DNA from: Eledone cirrhosa
Taxonomy: Eukaryota
DNA length: 64,000 bases
Direction of reading: 5' to 3'
NCBI GenBank assembly: GCA_964016885.1
Contig: OZ024749.1
Location: forward strand, 16,368,001-16,432,000
Part shown: one piece after another, positions 44,950-57,839 of the stretch
How positions within the stretch are numbered: position 1 is the stretch's first letter
Layout: each line of letters begins with the position of its first letter
Notes under the pieces: generated by a model
The model's database searches: none
What the model saw: only the letters and a program-made list of their open reading frames with translations
What the model was told of the DNA's origin: nothing
Translations under genes and position numbers: made by a program

Positions 44950-45013
44950 TATTTTATCTGACGAGGACGTACTGAAAAAACAGCACAGTACCTTCGATAT
45001 ATATAATAAAACA
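44950..45013 (+). ncRNA. Degenerate hammerhead, relative of 22569-22635
   Basis: TATTTTAT-CTGACGA-GGACGTACTG...CAGTACCTTC-GATA (mutated GAAA)...ATAAAACA. Confidence 0.55.
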
Positions 45014-45194
45014 TATATTTTGATTATGAGAATGTATTCATTTATTAATATTTTGAATAATATATATATATATATATATATATTTATTTCAATATCTATA
45101 TATATATGAATATATATTTGCATATATCTATATCAATATACATATGTATTATCGTTAATTTAATGCATGCTAACTTGTTTACTTCTCATTATTT

Positions 45195-45385
45195 GGCGGG
45201 TGGATTGGCAGTATCGGTAGAGGGTTTGACGCCATGCTTTCCAGCATAGTTACGTCCCTTTATGATCTGAGTTCAAATCCCGCCGAGGTTGACTTTGCCT
45301 TTCATCCTTACGGGGTCGATAAAATAAAGTACCAGTAATGCACTGGGTAATTGCTGGCCTTGTGCCTAAAGTAGAAACAATTATT
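45195..45385 (+). mobile_element. tRNA-derived SINE with Deu/Nin-like domain
   Basis: Near full-length copy with A and B boxes and the conserved domain. Confidence 0.85.
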
Positions 45386-45404
45386 TGGCGGTTTTTAATC
45401 AGAT

Positions 45405-45470
<66 letters not shown>

Positions 45471-45844
45471 TACATACACACAGATACATATACACACATA
45501 TGTACGTACACGCAGATACACAAACAGACACACAGATAGACGGTCATAAATTATCTCTAATGAACGGACACTTTTCTTATCGGTTTAGAATAGCAACGTT
45601 CCTAAATCCATAAGGCTCTTAGAGTTTCGAGACCTTCACAATCTCATCATCAGAATAAGAGAGATTATAGTAGTGTTGTAAACGTGATTATCGCGTTCTT
45701 CCTATGACCACAAAGAATCGTAAAGTACTAGTAAATCCTTCAACGGCAGATATTCAAAGATTGAGGCCCTGAGGACATGATTTGTATCAAAATATAAACC
45801 AAAATTCAACATGCAGATACAGCATATGTGATAATTATCATTTA

Positions 45845-46011
45845 CCGTATTTCCCGGCGTGGAAGACGCTACTTTTTTCCTAAAAAAGTCTAAAAAATCT
45901 ACTATGCGTCTTGGAGGCCGAAGGTTGTTTATTATTTTTTTTCAAATTTTTGGTTGTCAAAATTACGGTGCGTATTCGAGGACGAAGCGTCTTCGACGCC
46001 GGGGAATACGG
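45845..46011. mobile_element. Tc1/mariner-pogo-type MITE
   Basis: TA|CCGTATTTCCCGGCGTGGAAGACGC ... GCGTCTTCGACGCCGGGGAATACGG|TA. Confidence 0.85.
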
Positions 46012-46727
46012 TATATAAGAGAAAAAATTTTTTTTTTAATTCGATGTTGAAGAATTTACCGGTAATCCAACGAAGTAGTGTCTGGCCCTCACCCACTCCC
46101 TTTCTTCCGTTGCTTGATCCCTTTTTACTCTTTTCTTTTCATTTCCTTTTTTCTTTTTCCCTTTGATAGTGTTCAATAATATGTAAACATAAATATCAAT
46201 CAGGATAGTGTCTTAGATTTTATATTCACTGCCTCCGTCTCTCTCGCACACCCCATCTCTCACTATTATAAGCAAATAGGGGCCCACGATCAGGCCGCCC
46301 CGTGGCCCCGGCGGACAGAATAGAGAAGGTGTTTCCCCGGAGGATGGTTAGGGAAACGCGCTGGATGAGCCATTCCTGCCGGTAGTCAACACCGTGCCGG
46401 TTAGTTTCTCAATTGATATATCTGTATATATCGTTTAAAATTATTTTATACAGTGGATGCTCTAAACAGAAGTTCATTGAGCTTTTTCTGAGAAACATTA
46501 TCTATACATATCTTATATGTATTGATTAAATCTAAAATTAAATCATATATATATAGAGAGAGAGAGGGGTGAGGGAGAGTGTATGCGGTGCTGAGACCGA
46601 GGAGACCGTTAATCATGGGAGTACTCAATGCATGGGGAGATGCAGAGTGGGTGTAGAGATAGAATTATACGGACTGCGGCGCCAAGCGGTTTCGTGTTTT
46701 TACCTCTCTCTCTCTCATATATATATA

Positions 46728-47011
46728 TGTAGAGGTTATATTTAATTTGTTGGGATACACAAGCAACATATTTTTATAACTGATATAAAGCACTCAACAA
46801 ATTATTGGAGTAAATATATAGATTATATATATATAAAGATATATAGATTCCAACCAGAATGGTTGCATTTTTTCAGGGTATGTCAATATTTATTTATAAA
46901 ACTAACCTATATTATATTTTATCTGATGAAAGCGCACCATAGTTTGCCTTGGTGGCCCTTGAAATATGTATAATGAAACAAATATGGTTTTATAAATGTA
47001 GTTTCCATTTG

Positions 47012-47013
<2 letters not shown>
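46728..47013. mobile_element. PLE terminus foldback with hammerhead at 46915-46980 (+)
   Basis: TATTTTAT-CTGATGA-AAGCGCACCA...TGGTGGCCCTT-GAAA-TATGTA-TA|ATGAAACA; inverted tail on the left. Confidence 0.8.
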
Positions 47014-47046
<33 letters not shown>

Positions 47047-47258
47047 ATATTATGTATATGCATATATATATATATATGAAGATGTATGTATATATATATA
47101 TGTGTGTGAGTGTGTGTACGTGTGTGTGTGTACGCGCGCGCGCGTATATGTATGAGTACGTGTATATATGTAGATTTAGACATGTGTCTGTGTGTGCATG
47201 TAGGTTATTCAGTAAATTTGTTGATTACAGGGGGTGGTACCAATGTGGACACACAATG

Positions 47259-47294
<36 letters not shown>

Positions 47295-47765
47295 GATATG
47301 TATGAATGTATGTATATATATTATCGGGTCACTCTTGAGTGCTACTGGGAACATGTAACCCAGTAGAACCTGTCGCATGGTAGGGTCGCCGGCGACTAAA
47401 TCGGCAACACCACCAAGTTTACTTGGTGAAGAGAGTGATTTTGGACACCCTGCAGGACAAAAAGCAAAACCTGACAAAGGGCAGAAGAACTCATAAGAAT
47501 CAACGGCCATCCAAAAGTGTGTAAATATGTACATGTGTGCGTATATATATATATATATATATATTTCGTTTCTGAATTTGTTTAGCAAGATTTTTATCAG
47601 AAAACGTGTGTTGAAACCGATATTGTTATACTTTGGGAGGGTCATGTTGCCAATTAGAAACACACGCACCAGTTGCTTTCACTTCAATTTATTATAATAA
47701 ATTTAGGAATTTATAAATTTCCGGTTGGTTGGTTGGTTCCACAACCAGATGGTTGTTTATATATT

Positions 47766-47808
47766 GTCAAAGTGCTTTCGTCACACATTCTGTGACCTCT
47801 TCAGTGAC
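47766..47808 (-). ncRNA. Minimal type I hammerhead in the pLTR
   Basis: GTCA-CTGAAGA-G-GTCACA-gaatg-TGTGAC-GAAA-GCAC-TT|TGAC. Confidence 0.7.
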
Positions 47809-48059
47809 TGGGGATTCTTTTCTTTGTTTTTCGTGCCTCTCCTTTGTTCTGTCCTACGCCATCTTGTTTTTGTGTGTGTGTTGTGTGCTTAGTTTGCGCA
47901 TGTGTTACATCCGGGTGTCTGTGCGTGTTTATATTCAGCAGAATCGGCGACAGTTGGTTGTTTGTTCTACGTGCGTGTGTGTTTTCATTTTGTCCTTAAT
48001 TGTAAGTTGTGATGTTGCTGTTCCACTCATGTTTTCTATTTAATTTTGGTTGTAATTCA

Positions 48060-49663
48060 TTTATGTTTATTGCCTCTGTGATTTGTCTAAACATTGCGTC
48101 TTTTCTGTGTAGATTCTATTTTTATTTCTATGTTTTCTAATTTACCCTTATGTTCTATTTTAGCATGTTGGTAGAGTACAGATGATTCTTTACTATCTTG
48201 AAGGTCTCGCCAGTGTTCATTTATCCGTTCCCCTATACTACGAGCTGTCTCACCTATGTACACTATATTTTTATCTCTACATTGTCCTTCAGTACATCTT
48301 ATGCTATATACTACATTTCTAGTTTTACAGTTAATATGGGGGCTTAATTTACAGATTATACATTTATTATCTATACAGGGAGGTCTTTGAAAAGTGTATG
48401 TATTGCTAATAAGTGTTTTTATGGAGGTACTTGGTCTTTCTACTATCTTAATATTGAGTTTATGTTTATCTGGGCCCTTCTAAATTTGTAAGCTAATTCA
48501 CCTCTAGGGGTTGTATCGATGAACATTACACTCTGGTATTTATTGCTATCATACCATGAGTTTATTCTATTAGCCTTATTCCTAGTTCTTTCTATTCTAT
48601 TCCAAAATTTGCTCCTATACAAGGGGCAGGTCCTATTTGTGTCATTATTTACCATTTTTCCCATTTGGTTCTGGCTCCTCTATACACTCTGATTTTATCT
48701 CTCTGATTGTAACCAGAGAACTGCATACGATGGATGAAGTGTTGTATGTGTCTCTCTAGTTCTTCGGGGTTGCACATGCGGGACACGTTTCTCATCAAAT
48801 CCGCAATCAGTATGTTGATTTTGGTATGGTCCGAAACAGCTGAGTTTCGGTGGATCAGATATTTGGAAGTCATGGGTTTGGTATAATGGAAATGGAGGAT
48901 TTGTTTTTTGTTATTAATGGTATCTAACCAGAGCTCTGTGTCTAGTACAGGTAATCGATGGTTGGGATGTTTGCTTGGGTAGTCTATAGTAACTCTAATA
49001 CTCTGGTGGATGGAGTTAGCTATTTGCTGGATGTTTTCCATTGTGTTTTTCTCTAATTCCTGAATGTTCTCTAGTGGGGGTGTTTTAACTACGATGTTTA
49101 TATCATCAACGTAGCGGGAGTACATTATCAGGGTTAAGGGGTTTTCTAATTGTTCTTTAAGTTTAAGTCTACTGTCCCACCATACCATGAATAGGTTAGC
49201 TATGTCGCCTGCAATGCTAACACCAATGGCTGCTCCCACCTCTTGGGCATATGTTTTTCCATTAAATTTGAACATATGTTCCTTAAGGGTTAATTTTATG
49301 CCGGCCCCCACCGCATGTGCAATCATTTTCTTTAGTTCATCGTGGTTTTCGGCTCTGGTCCACCCGTTCCATCTATCTGTGTGTGTTTTCTTGGCCATTG
49401 AGGTAATGGTAGGTGGTCTGCCTCTTGCTGGTCTTGTAGGGCACAGGTTGCTAATGTCATATGTGTCTAGATAATTATAACTATAGGTAAGTTTAAGTAG
49501 GAGTCTCAGCTCACTGGTATCAATCCCACGGAATTCAACATTGCTCTCACTGATCATTTCTACACATTTCTCCACAGTAAAAGCCACGTCAATAGATGGA
49601 TACAGGGATACAACATCCATACTACCTATTATGCAGTCTGTTAGGTCCCTAGATCGGTTACTC
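48060..49663 (-). pseudogene. PLE reverse transcriptase plus C-terminal GIY-YIG endonuclease, frameshifted
   Basis: GSMDVVSLYPSI, QEVGAAIGVSIAGDIANLFM, RYVDDI, LPVLD, YTKP; then CIDNKCIIC...CKTRNVVYSIRC...VYIGETARSIGERINEH...SVLYQH. Confidence 0.95.
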
Positions 49664-49996
49664 TCGCCGATTCTGCTGAATATAAACACACACAGACACC
49701 CAGATGTAACACATGCGCAAACTAAGCACACAACACACACACAAAAACAAGATGGCGTAGGACACAACAAAGGAGAGGCACAAAAAACAAAGAAAAGAAA
49801 CCCCAGTCACTGAAGAGGTCACAGAATGTGTGACGTAAGAACTTTGACAATATATAAACAACCATCTGGTTGTGGAGCCAACCAACCAACCGGAAATTTA
49901 TAAATTCCTAAATTTATAAATTTATTATAATAAATTTAAGTGAAAGCAACTGGTGCGTGTATTTCTTATTGGCAACATGACCCTCCCAAAGTATAA

Positions 49997-50072
<76 letters not shown>

Positions 50073-50681
50073 TTGTGTGCGCGCGTGTGTGTGTGTGTGT
50101 GTGTGAATATATGTATACACATGTGTACATATGTATGTATATATGCGCGGGGACATAGAAATAATCGGGCTGGACACCCGATCGCACGGTTAAACCACTG
50201 GTATATATATATAAAATGTGTAAACATATGTACATATATATATATATGTGTGTGGTGTATAGACCTATGGTATATATATATATATATATATATGTATACA
50301 TACACACATGTATGTATGTATGGGAATGAAGGACCCCTAACCTTTGCCAGGGCATTCTTCTAGGAGAAGGAAACTGGGATAACTCTGATATAAAACCTGC
50401 GGCTCAGTAGTTACCGATGATGTTGATCTTTTCTTCTTTTCGGGTTATCGCTACTGTCGCTCAGAGAGTGGGATTGGCTCAGTGCACAGTCTTTCCTCAC
50501 TTAAAAAAAAACCTTCACGCACAGGCATTCCACGATAGAATTAATTAATAATTATTAATAATGTTATATCGTGCAATGGCCATACTCGATAACTAGGGGG
50601 CAGCCATCATCATATATATATGTGTGTGTGGGGGGGGGTGCGTGTGTGCGTGTGTGTGCGTGTGTGTGCGTGTGTGTGTGT

Positions 50682-50789
<108 letters not shown>

Positions 50790-51000
50790 TATGCTTGAGA
50801 TGTTTTGATTGAGTCTTCACATCTGAGGAGCAGATCAAATTTAGATCCAGGTCCATCACATCGATATAGATCTCAAACCAATCATCTGTGAAACTAGAAA
50901 TAACTAGTAATTCAACCACTCCCACGCTAGTCGATACATCGATCTTCATCAATCAATCGACCCTATAAAACGATCGTAAAACATACGTACATACATACAG

Positions 51001-51974
51001 CAAAGTAGTCTATATTGGACCCATAACCGCTATATTGGCTCCCACATTGAAGGATGCGCTTTTGCAATCCAAGAACAGGAAATCAACACAAAATACCTGA
51101 TTCACAAAAGAGATGGGGATGCAGGCAAAACACCTAGATGTGACAACAAGTGCAGACTGCAGAATTAACATCGATATGTCACCCATGTCATAAGCAACTG
51201 TCCAAAGATGGCATCGTGGTACTATCTACCTATGAGGCATGATGTAGTGGCCAAAACACTGTACAATGCAATCCGTAGAAAAGATAGCCCGACAATAAAC
51301 ACATTAAAAGCTACAGCAATGTGGAAGATATACAAATACATAATATGAAAGAGTACTGGTGGAATGTTCCGGTAAAAACCCTAATAAAATGCAGGCATAA
51401 CAGACCAGACATAATGATATGGGACAGGGAAAAGAAGGCATACACAGTAGTGGAAGCTAGGTGCCCAACAGATGCCAATATAATATCAAAGATTAGCGAG
51501 AAGGAGAATATCTATGCAGAACTAATGAGAACTCTGCAGATACTCCACCCCGACTATACCTTCAGATTTATGCCTGTGATTATTGGGGCACTGGGGTATG
51601 TTAGTAACTGCTTCAATACAATCTTGAGAAGTTGGGCTTCAAAAGAACACGACTAGTTAGGAAATTACAAGTACAATCCATTAATGGAACAGTAAAAATA
51701 TGTAAAACATTCCAAAAATTTTGCATCTAATAACAGCATATATACTTGTACAGATACAAGGCATATACACATGCACACATACAACTCAAAACATACACAT
51801 CCACACGCAAAATAACATCCATATCTGCACATACAAACATGCATGCATGCAGACATACATACATATCTACCAAGTTGATGTTGTGTAAATTCCAATGAGA
51901 GAGTCTTGTATCTATGTTAGAAACCGACTCTCTCCCTATTGGCAAAAATTTGTGAAATTATAAAACCAGAAGAA
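51001..51974 (+). mobile_element. R4/Dong-like (RLE) non-LTR retrotransposon 3' fragment
   Basis: FAIQEQEINTKY, CCHC relic, RHDVVAK, RHNRPDIMIWD...VVE..CP, MPVIIGALG, GTVKICKTF. (CATA)n on both sides. Confidence 0.85.
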
Positions 51975-52008
51975 CATACATATATATATATATATATATA
52001 TAGATAGA

Positions 52009-53316
52009 TTTCTTTATTTACCATAAAGGCATAAAAAGAAGGGACAAATACAAAGGGGGAGTTTACATATAATCGAGTAAAAAGGGTGTAACATGAAAAT
52101 AATCGAAAATAACCTCAAAAGGGAGGGGACGTGATGGGGGTTGCACACACCCCCGAAAAAGTGTGCAATCCTTTGCCCGGGGAGCACATGGAGAAGGTGC
52201 TCCCCTCTCCTTTACTTCTTTACCTACAGGATGGTATACAGAGAAGGCCCATTTACACGAGCCATTCTCGCCACTATCACCCACCTTTCATAAAACTGCC
52301 TGTGGCCAAGCACCTCTCTCTCCATTCTTATCCTTCTTCCGAAGTGATATCGGAAGAAGTAGACCAGACTATGGCCAGAGAGGAAGTTGCCTGACCTCAG
52401 ACCTTTCAATCGTGTCCACCAAACAACCTCTTTCAACATGGCTATTACGCACAGAAAAACCGCCTTTGCTTCCTTTGTGAAGAGGGGAGGCGGTTTGATT
52501 GTCATCACGGACTCGGCGGTCAATTTAATCGGCGCCACCCGCGACAGTAGTCGTTCGGCGTAGCCCCACAGATCAGCCACGCCCGGACATTGCACCAATG
52601 CGTGCGCAACGGTTTCTTCGTGACGCACGCATCTAGGGCAAATCTTTTTTGAGGGATCCCTGCCCGGGCGCCCGTGTCTGTAGAGCCTCTCTCGAACGGG
52701 TAGAGCCCCCCGGTAGCACTGCCAGGCCAGTGACTTCTGGAAGTTGTCCATTGGTCCTGGGCCGAAAGTCCTACCGAACAGGCTGGCCAGTTCGTCTTCT
52801 TCCATGTCCAGCGACTCTCCAAGGGTGTCATCGCCCCTGCTAGCCACCAGCCCTCTATAGAATGATGAGGTGGATTCTCCACCGATGGCCTGGCCCGCTT
52901 GCCAGAGAGCCCTGAGCGCCTGAGCACACTCAGTGTGCCAGTCTCCCAGTTTTCCGGATCTTTGCTTGACCCAGGACTGTAGCTCGGTGAGCGAGACGAG
53001 TCTCGGAAAGGCTCGTTTCACGAACGGAGCCCACACCGGTTGACCAGTGAGGAATACCTGTAGGTGCCGTAGCCTTAATGCGTGCCTACGCATCATCAAC
53101 CACGGCATCCCCAGCCCTCCTTTCGAAGGTTGTTGGCAGCAGATGGATCTTCTCACCATAGGAGGACGCTTCTTCCAAAGAAATTGGAAGAGCATGCGTT
53201 CCATGGTCGTGAGTGTTTCCTTAGGGCAAGGCACGACAGTCAGGCGGTAGTAAGTGACGGACGCTATGTAAATATTCGCCACCTCCGCCCGGCCTTTTAG
53301 GGACAGCTTACATTTG
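52009..53316 (-). mobile_element. Tx1/L1-clade LINE, 5'-truncated (post-RT region with zf-RVT)
   Basis: Open 352-aa ORF 52224-53282: FLW...QPSKGGLGMP, LAW....ALPVRERL, CPRC...ETVAHALVQC. AATAAA near the 3' end. (GATA)n flanks. Confidence 0.9.
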
Positions 53317-53392
<76 letters not shown>

Positions 53393-53530
53393 TAATTGTT
53401 CTACATCTCTTTGTTACTAAGTTACTAAGACAAAACCTATATCTTTGCTAGCGTAAATATACATCTGTATAAATATGTTGGTAGATATACTAATTCTTTA
53501 TAAATATATATATATATATATACATACATA

Positions 53531-54260
53531 CATGGTGGCTGCCAACTCGTTTTCGAGTACGGCCACTACTTTATATCCATGTAGGAGAACCCCTACCGAT
53601 GCGCTGAACGAGTGTGACTTTTTAGTCCAGCCAGCGACTTGAAAACTCTGGTACAAACACTACACTTGTGACAATTATTGACACATAGTGCTGGGCCCAT
53701 GGTACATACATACATACATACATACATACATACATACATACATACATACATACATACATACATACATACATACATACATGGTGGCTGCCAACTCGTTTTC
53801 GAGTACGGCCACTACTTTATATCCATGTAGGAGAACTCCCACCGATGCGCTGAACGAGCGTGACTTTTTATCCAGCCAGCGACTTGAAAACTCTGGTACA
53901 AACACTACACTTGTGACAATTATTGACACATAGCGCTGGGCCCATGGTACCATGTGACGACAAGTGCAGAGAGATCTCCAGATATAAAGCAATGCCTGTG
54001 CCATGAAGCTTTTATAGTGAGCAAAGGCACTGCACAAAGCCAGTCCCACTCTCTTAACCAAGATGATATTTACCAAAAGAAGAACAAGTCAACATCATTG
54101 GATACCATCAGGGTTGCAGGTGTTATAAAAGAGTTTTCTTTCTCCTAGAATTCTGCCTAGAATTCTGCCTTGTTTTAGTGCTCCAGGATGTCCAAAGTCA
54201 CCCTCCTCACCAAGAAACCTTGGTGGGGGGTTGCCAGTTTAGTCGCCAACGACCCGACCA
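53531..54260 (-). mobile_element. Two RTE-type family A copies (53531-53703, 53777-54260) separated by (TACA)n
   Basis: Near-identical to 55525-56118; C2H2 relic [23 protein letters not shown]. Confidence 0.75.
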
Positions 54261-54329
54261 TATACATACATACATACATACATACATACATACATACATA
54301 CATACATACATACATACATACATACATAC

Positions 54330-54559
54330 GGGTTATATACCAACCCGCTTGGACCAAAGTATGACTGAACTTGGATTTGCGGACAAAAAGCGCAGCTCCC
54401 TAATTCATAGTCTACAAATGGCTGCGATAGCTGGTACCTTCAAAATTTGCAAAACATTCTTGCGATTCAAGGGATGACAATTTCTTTTCTTTTACAACCT
54501 TGCCACCAGGAAGGTGGCCGGTCAAAAAAATATACTCGAAATTAAGAGAAAGAGATAAC
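54330..54559 (+). mobile_element. R4/Dong-like extreme 3' fragment
   Basis: GYIP...LGF...LQMAAIAGTFKICKTFL parallels the C-terminus at 51595-51730. (CATA)n on both sides. Confidence 0.7.
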
Positions 54560-54570
54560 ATACATACATA

Positions 54571-54886
54571 CATGATGATGGCTGCCCCCTCGTAATCGAA
54601 TATGGCCACTGCACGATATACCATTATTAATAATTATTAATTAATTCTATCGTGGAATGCCTGTGCGTGCAGATATTTTTTAAAGTGAGGAAAGACTGTG
54701 CTGAGCCAATCCCACTCTCTGAGTGACAGTAGCTATAACCCGAAAAGAAGAAAAGATCAACATCATCGGTAACTACTGAGCCGCAGGTTTTATATCGGAG
54801 TTATCCCAGTTTCCTTCTCCTAGAAGAATGCCCTGACAAAGGCTAGGGGTCACGCGCGATCGGGTGTCCAGCCCGACTATTTCTAA
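54571..54886 (-). mobile_element. RTE-type family B copy
   Basis: Reverse complement of 17140-17482. Confidence 0.75.
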
Positions 54887-54938
54887 CATACATACATACA
54901 TACATACATACATACATACATACATACATACAGACATA

Positions 54939-55136
54939 CGAGGGTCGGCGAAATTGTTCATAGGCTGACCGTGATACTCTCATGGAATGACCAAATGAGG
55001 TATATAGTGCAACATAGTCCCTGGAAAAACTATGCAGTTATAAATAAGAAGAGTTGAAATTAATGCATGCAATATTTCACAGCTCTAGCATCATTCTTTC
55101 ATAGTCATCTTATGAACCTTTCAGCCGAACTTCTAC
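54939..55136. mobile_element. Degenerate mariner-type MITE
   Basis: TA-CGAGGGTCGGCGAAATTGTTCATAGG versus CTTATGAACCTTTCAGCCGAACTTC-TA. Confidence 0.5.
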
Positions 55137-55143
55137 ATACATT

Positions 55144-55210
<67 letters not shown>

Positions 55211-55212
<2 letters not shown>

Positions 55213-55419
55213 GAAAATGTGTGATCCCGACGGCAGAGCTGAAGCCGTTTCGACGGCTATTTCTGGACTGAAATAGCCGTCGAGTCCATAAATAGCCGTC
55301 GAAACGGCTTGAGCTCTGCCGTCGGGGTCATACATTTTCCTATTACCCACTCTACTACCCTAAGTATTGAGTACTCTGGTGCGTTATAGTCCATCTGGTT
55401 CTTTACCACAACTCCTTCG

Positions 55420-55421
<2 letters not shown>
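55211..55421 (+). mobile_element. Short foldback element with tail; second copy at 22367-22507
   Basis: Arms ~55211-55268 and 55284-55341; GTCGAAACGGCTTGAG resembles a hammerhead 3' half. (TA)n flanks. Confidence 0.7.
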
Positions 55422-55499
<78 letters not shown>

Positions 55500-55524
55500 G
55501 TACATAATTATATATACACATATA

Positions 55525-56118
55525 TGGTGGCTGCCAACTCGTTTTCGAGTACAGCCACTATTTTATATCCATGTAGGAGAACCCCTACCGATGCGCTGAA
55601 CGAGTGTGACTTTTTAGTCCAGCCAGCGACTTGAATACTCTGGTACAAACACTACACTTGTGACAATTATTGACACATAGTGCTGGGCCCATGGTACCAT
55701 GTGATGAGAAGTGCAGAGAGATCTCCAGATATAAAGCAATGCCTGTGCTGTGAAGCTTTTATAGTGAGCAAAGGCACTGCACAAAGCCAGTCCCACTCTC
55801 TTAACCAAGATGATATTTACCAAAAAGAAGAACAAGTCAACATCATTGGATACCATCAGGGTTGCAGGTGTTAGATCAGAGTTTTCCTTCTCCTAGAATT
55901 CTGCCTTGACAAAGGCTAAGGGGTCATCTCTCCTGGTAATTTTGGATGGCCATTGACTCTTAAGAGCTTCTTTGCCCTTTGACAGGTTTTGTTTTTAGTC
56001 CCGCAGGATGTCAAAATCACCCTCCTCACCAAGAAACCTTGGTGGGGTTGCCAGTTTAGTCGCCAACGACCCAACCATGAGACAGGTTGTACTGGGATAC
56101 ATGTTACCAGTAGCACCA
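55525..56118 (-). mobile_element. RTE-type family A, near full length
   Basis: Shares its ~190-bp head with family B; 3' part is family-A specific. Confidence 0.75.
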
Positions 56119-56219
56119 ACTGGTTACCTGACATATGATATATATACGTATATACTGTATATATATATATATTATGTACTATATATATATATTATGTACA
56201 ATATATATATATATATTTT

Positions 56220-56452
56220 CTAGGGCGGTAACATTCCCGAGATCCATGGACGAGTTCTCTCCAGCGGTCTCTGTCCCTCATTATGGCTGCCATGTCCTAC
56301 GCCTCCAACGGACCAGTGTCTTGTCCTTAGGGCATCAACATATGTTAACCTTGGTTTTCCTCTAGCAGTGTGTCCATGCAAAGTTGACACTGCACTCAAT
56401 TCTCCCACTGGATGTCGGTGAGCATGTCCAGCTAACCTCAGTCTCCTCTGTT
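56220..56452 (-). mobile_element. RTE LINE C-terminal fragment
   Basis: QRRLRLAGHAHRHP...HGHTARGKPRLTYVDAL. Confidence 0.75.
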
Positions 56453-57082
56453 AATATATATATATATATTATGTAGAATATATATATATTATGTACAATA
56501 TATATATATTATGTACAATATATATATATATATATATTGTGTAGAATATATATATATTATGTAGAATATATATATATTATGTAGAATATATATATATTAT
56601 GTACAATATATATATATTATGTACAATATATATATATATATATATTGTGTAGAATATATATATATTATGTACAATATATATATATATATTATGTAGAATA
56701 TATATATATTATGTACAATATATATATATTATGTACAATATATATATATATATATATTATGTAGAATATATATATATTATGTACAATATATATATATATA
56801 TTATGTAGAATATATATATATTATGTACAATATATATATATTATGTACAATATATATATATATATTATGTAGAATATATATATATTATGTACAATATATA
56901 TATATATATTATGTAGAATATATATATATTATGTACAATATATATATATATATTATGTAGAATATATATATATTATGTACAATATATATATATATATTAT
57001 GTAGAATATATATATATTATGTACAATATATATTTATATATATTATGTACAATATATATATGTATATATAGTACATAATATA

Positions 57083-57124
<42 letters not shown>

Positions 57125-57134
57125 ACATAATATA

Positions 57135-57168
<34 letters not shown>

Positions 57169-57366
57169 ACATAATATATATTTATATATATATATATAGA
57201 TATATATATATATATATGTATTGTACATAATATATATTTATATATATATATATATATATATATTGTACATAATATATATTTATATATATATATATTGTAC
57301 ATAATATATATTTATATATATATATATATATTGTACATAATATATATTTATATATATATATATATA

Positions 57367-57436
<70 letters not shown>

Positions 57437-57802
57437 GATATTAAATAAATGGAAACTATATTTATAAAATCATATTTATTTCATTATATATATTTCAGGG
57501 ATATCATATTAAAAATATGGTATGCCTTCATCAGACAAAATACAATATAAACAGTCTTATATATAGATAGATTTGACATACCTTACACTTCAACTTCCAT
57601 TTAAAAAGTTGATTTGGTAGTGAAAAATGTTAGGGACAGTTATAGAAAAAAAAAAGAAAGAAAGAAAGAAAACGAAGAAAAAGAAGAAATGCATGCAACG
57701 AAAAAACGAGAGAGATAGATATAGAGAGATAGATAGAGAGAAGAAATTCATGTAAAGAAAAAGACAGAGAGAGATAGATAGAGAGAGAAAAAACAGAGGG
57801 AT

Positions 57803-57839
<37 letters not shown>

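Larger units (their letters stand above)
47565..49998 (-). mobile_element. 5'-truncated Penelope-like retroelement with inverted pseudo-LTRs
   Basis: RT plus GIY-YIG between inverted arms 47624-47950 and 49664-49998. Hammerheads at 47766-47808 (-) and 49806-49848 (+). (TA)n flanks. Confidence 0.95.
47326..50610 (+). mobile_element. RTE-type family B copy split by a PLE insertion
   Basis: 47326-47530 and 50140-50610 are contiguous in the copy at 17040-17482. Confidence 0.75.

Noticed and set aside
46180-46705. GC-richer segment, possible DNA transposon or promoter
   Set aside because: No TIRs, ORF or second copy found; left uncalled.
48060-49663. Selenocysteine recoding as in Naiad PLEs
   Set aside because: The breaks I could read are frameshifts ending in TAA/TAG, the endonuclease is C-terminal, and no convincing SECIS was seen.
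49664-49770. Cys-rich N-terminus of the 373-aa RT ORF
   Set aside because: It is read-through from the inverted pLTR arm, not part of the protein.
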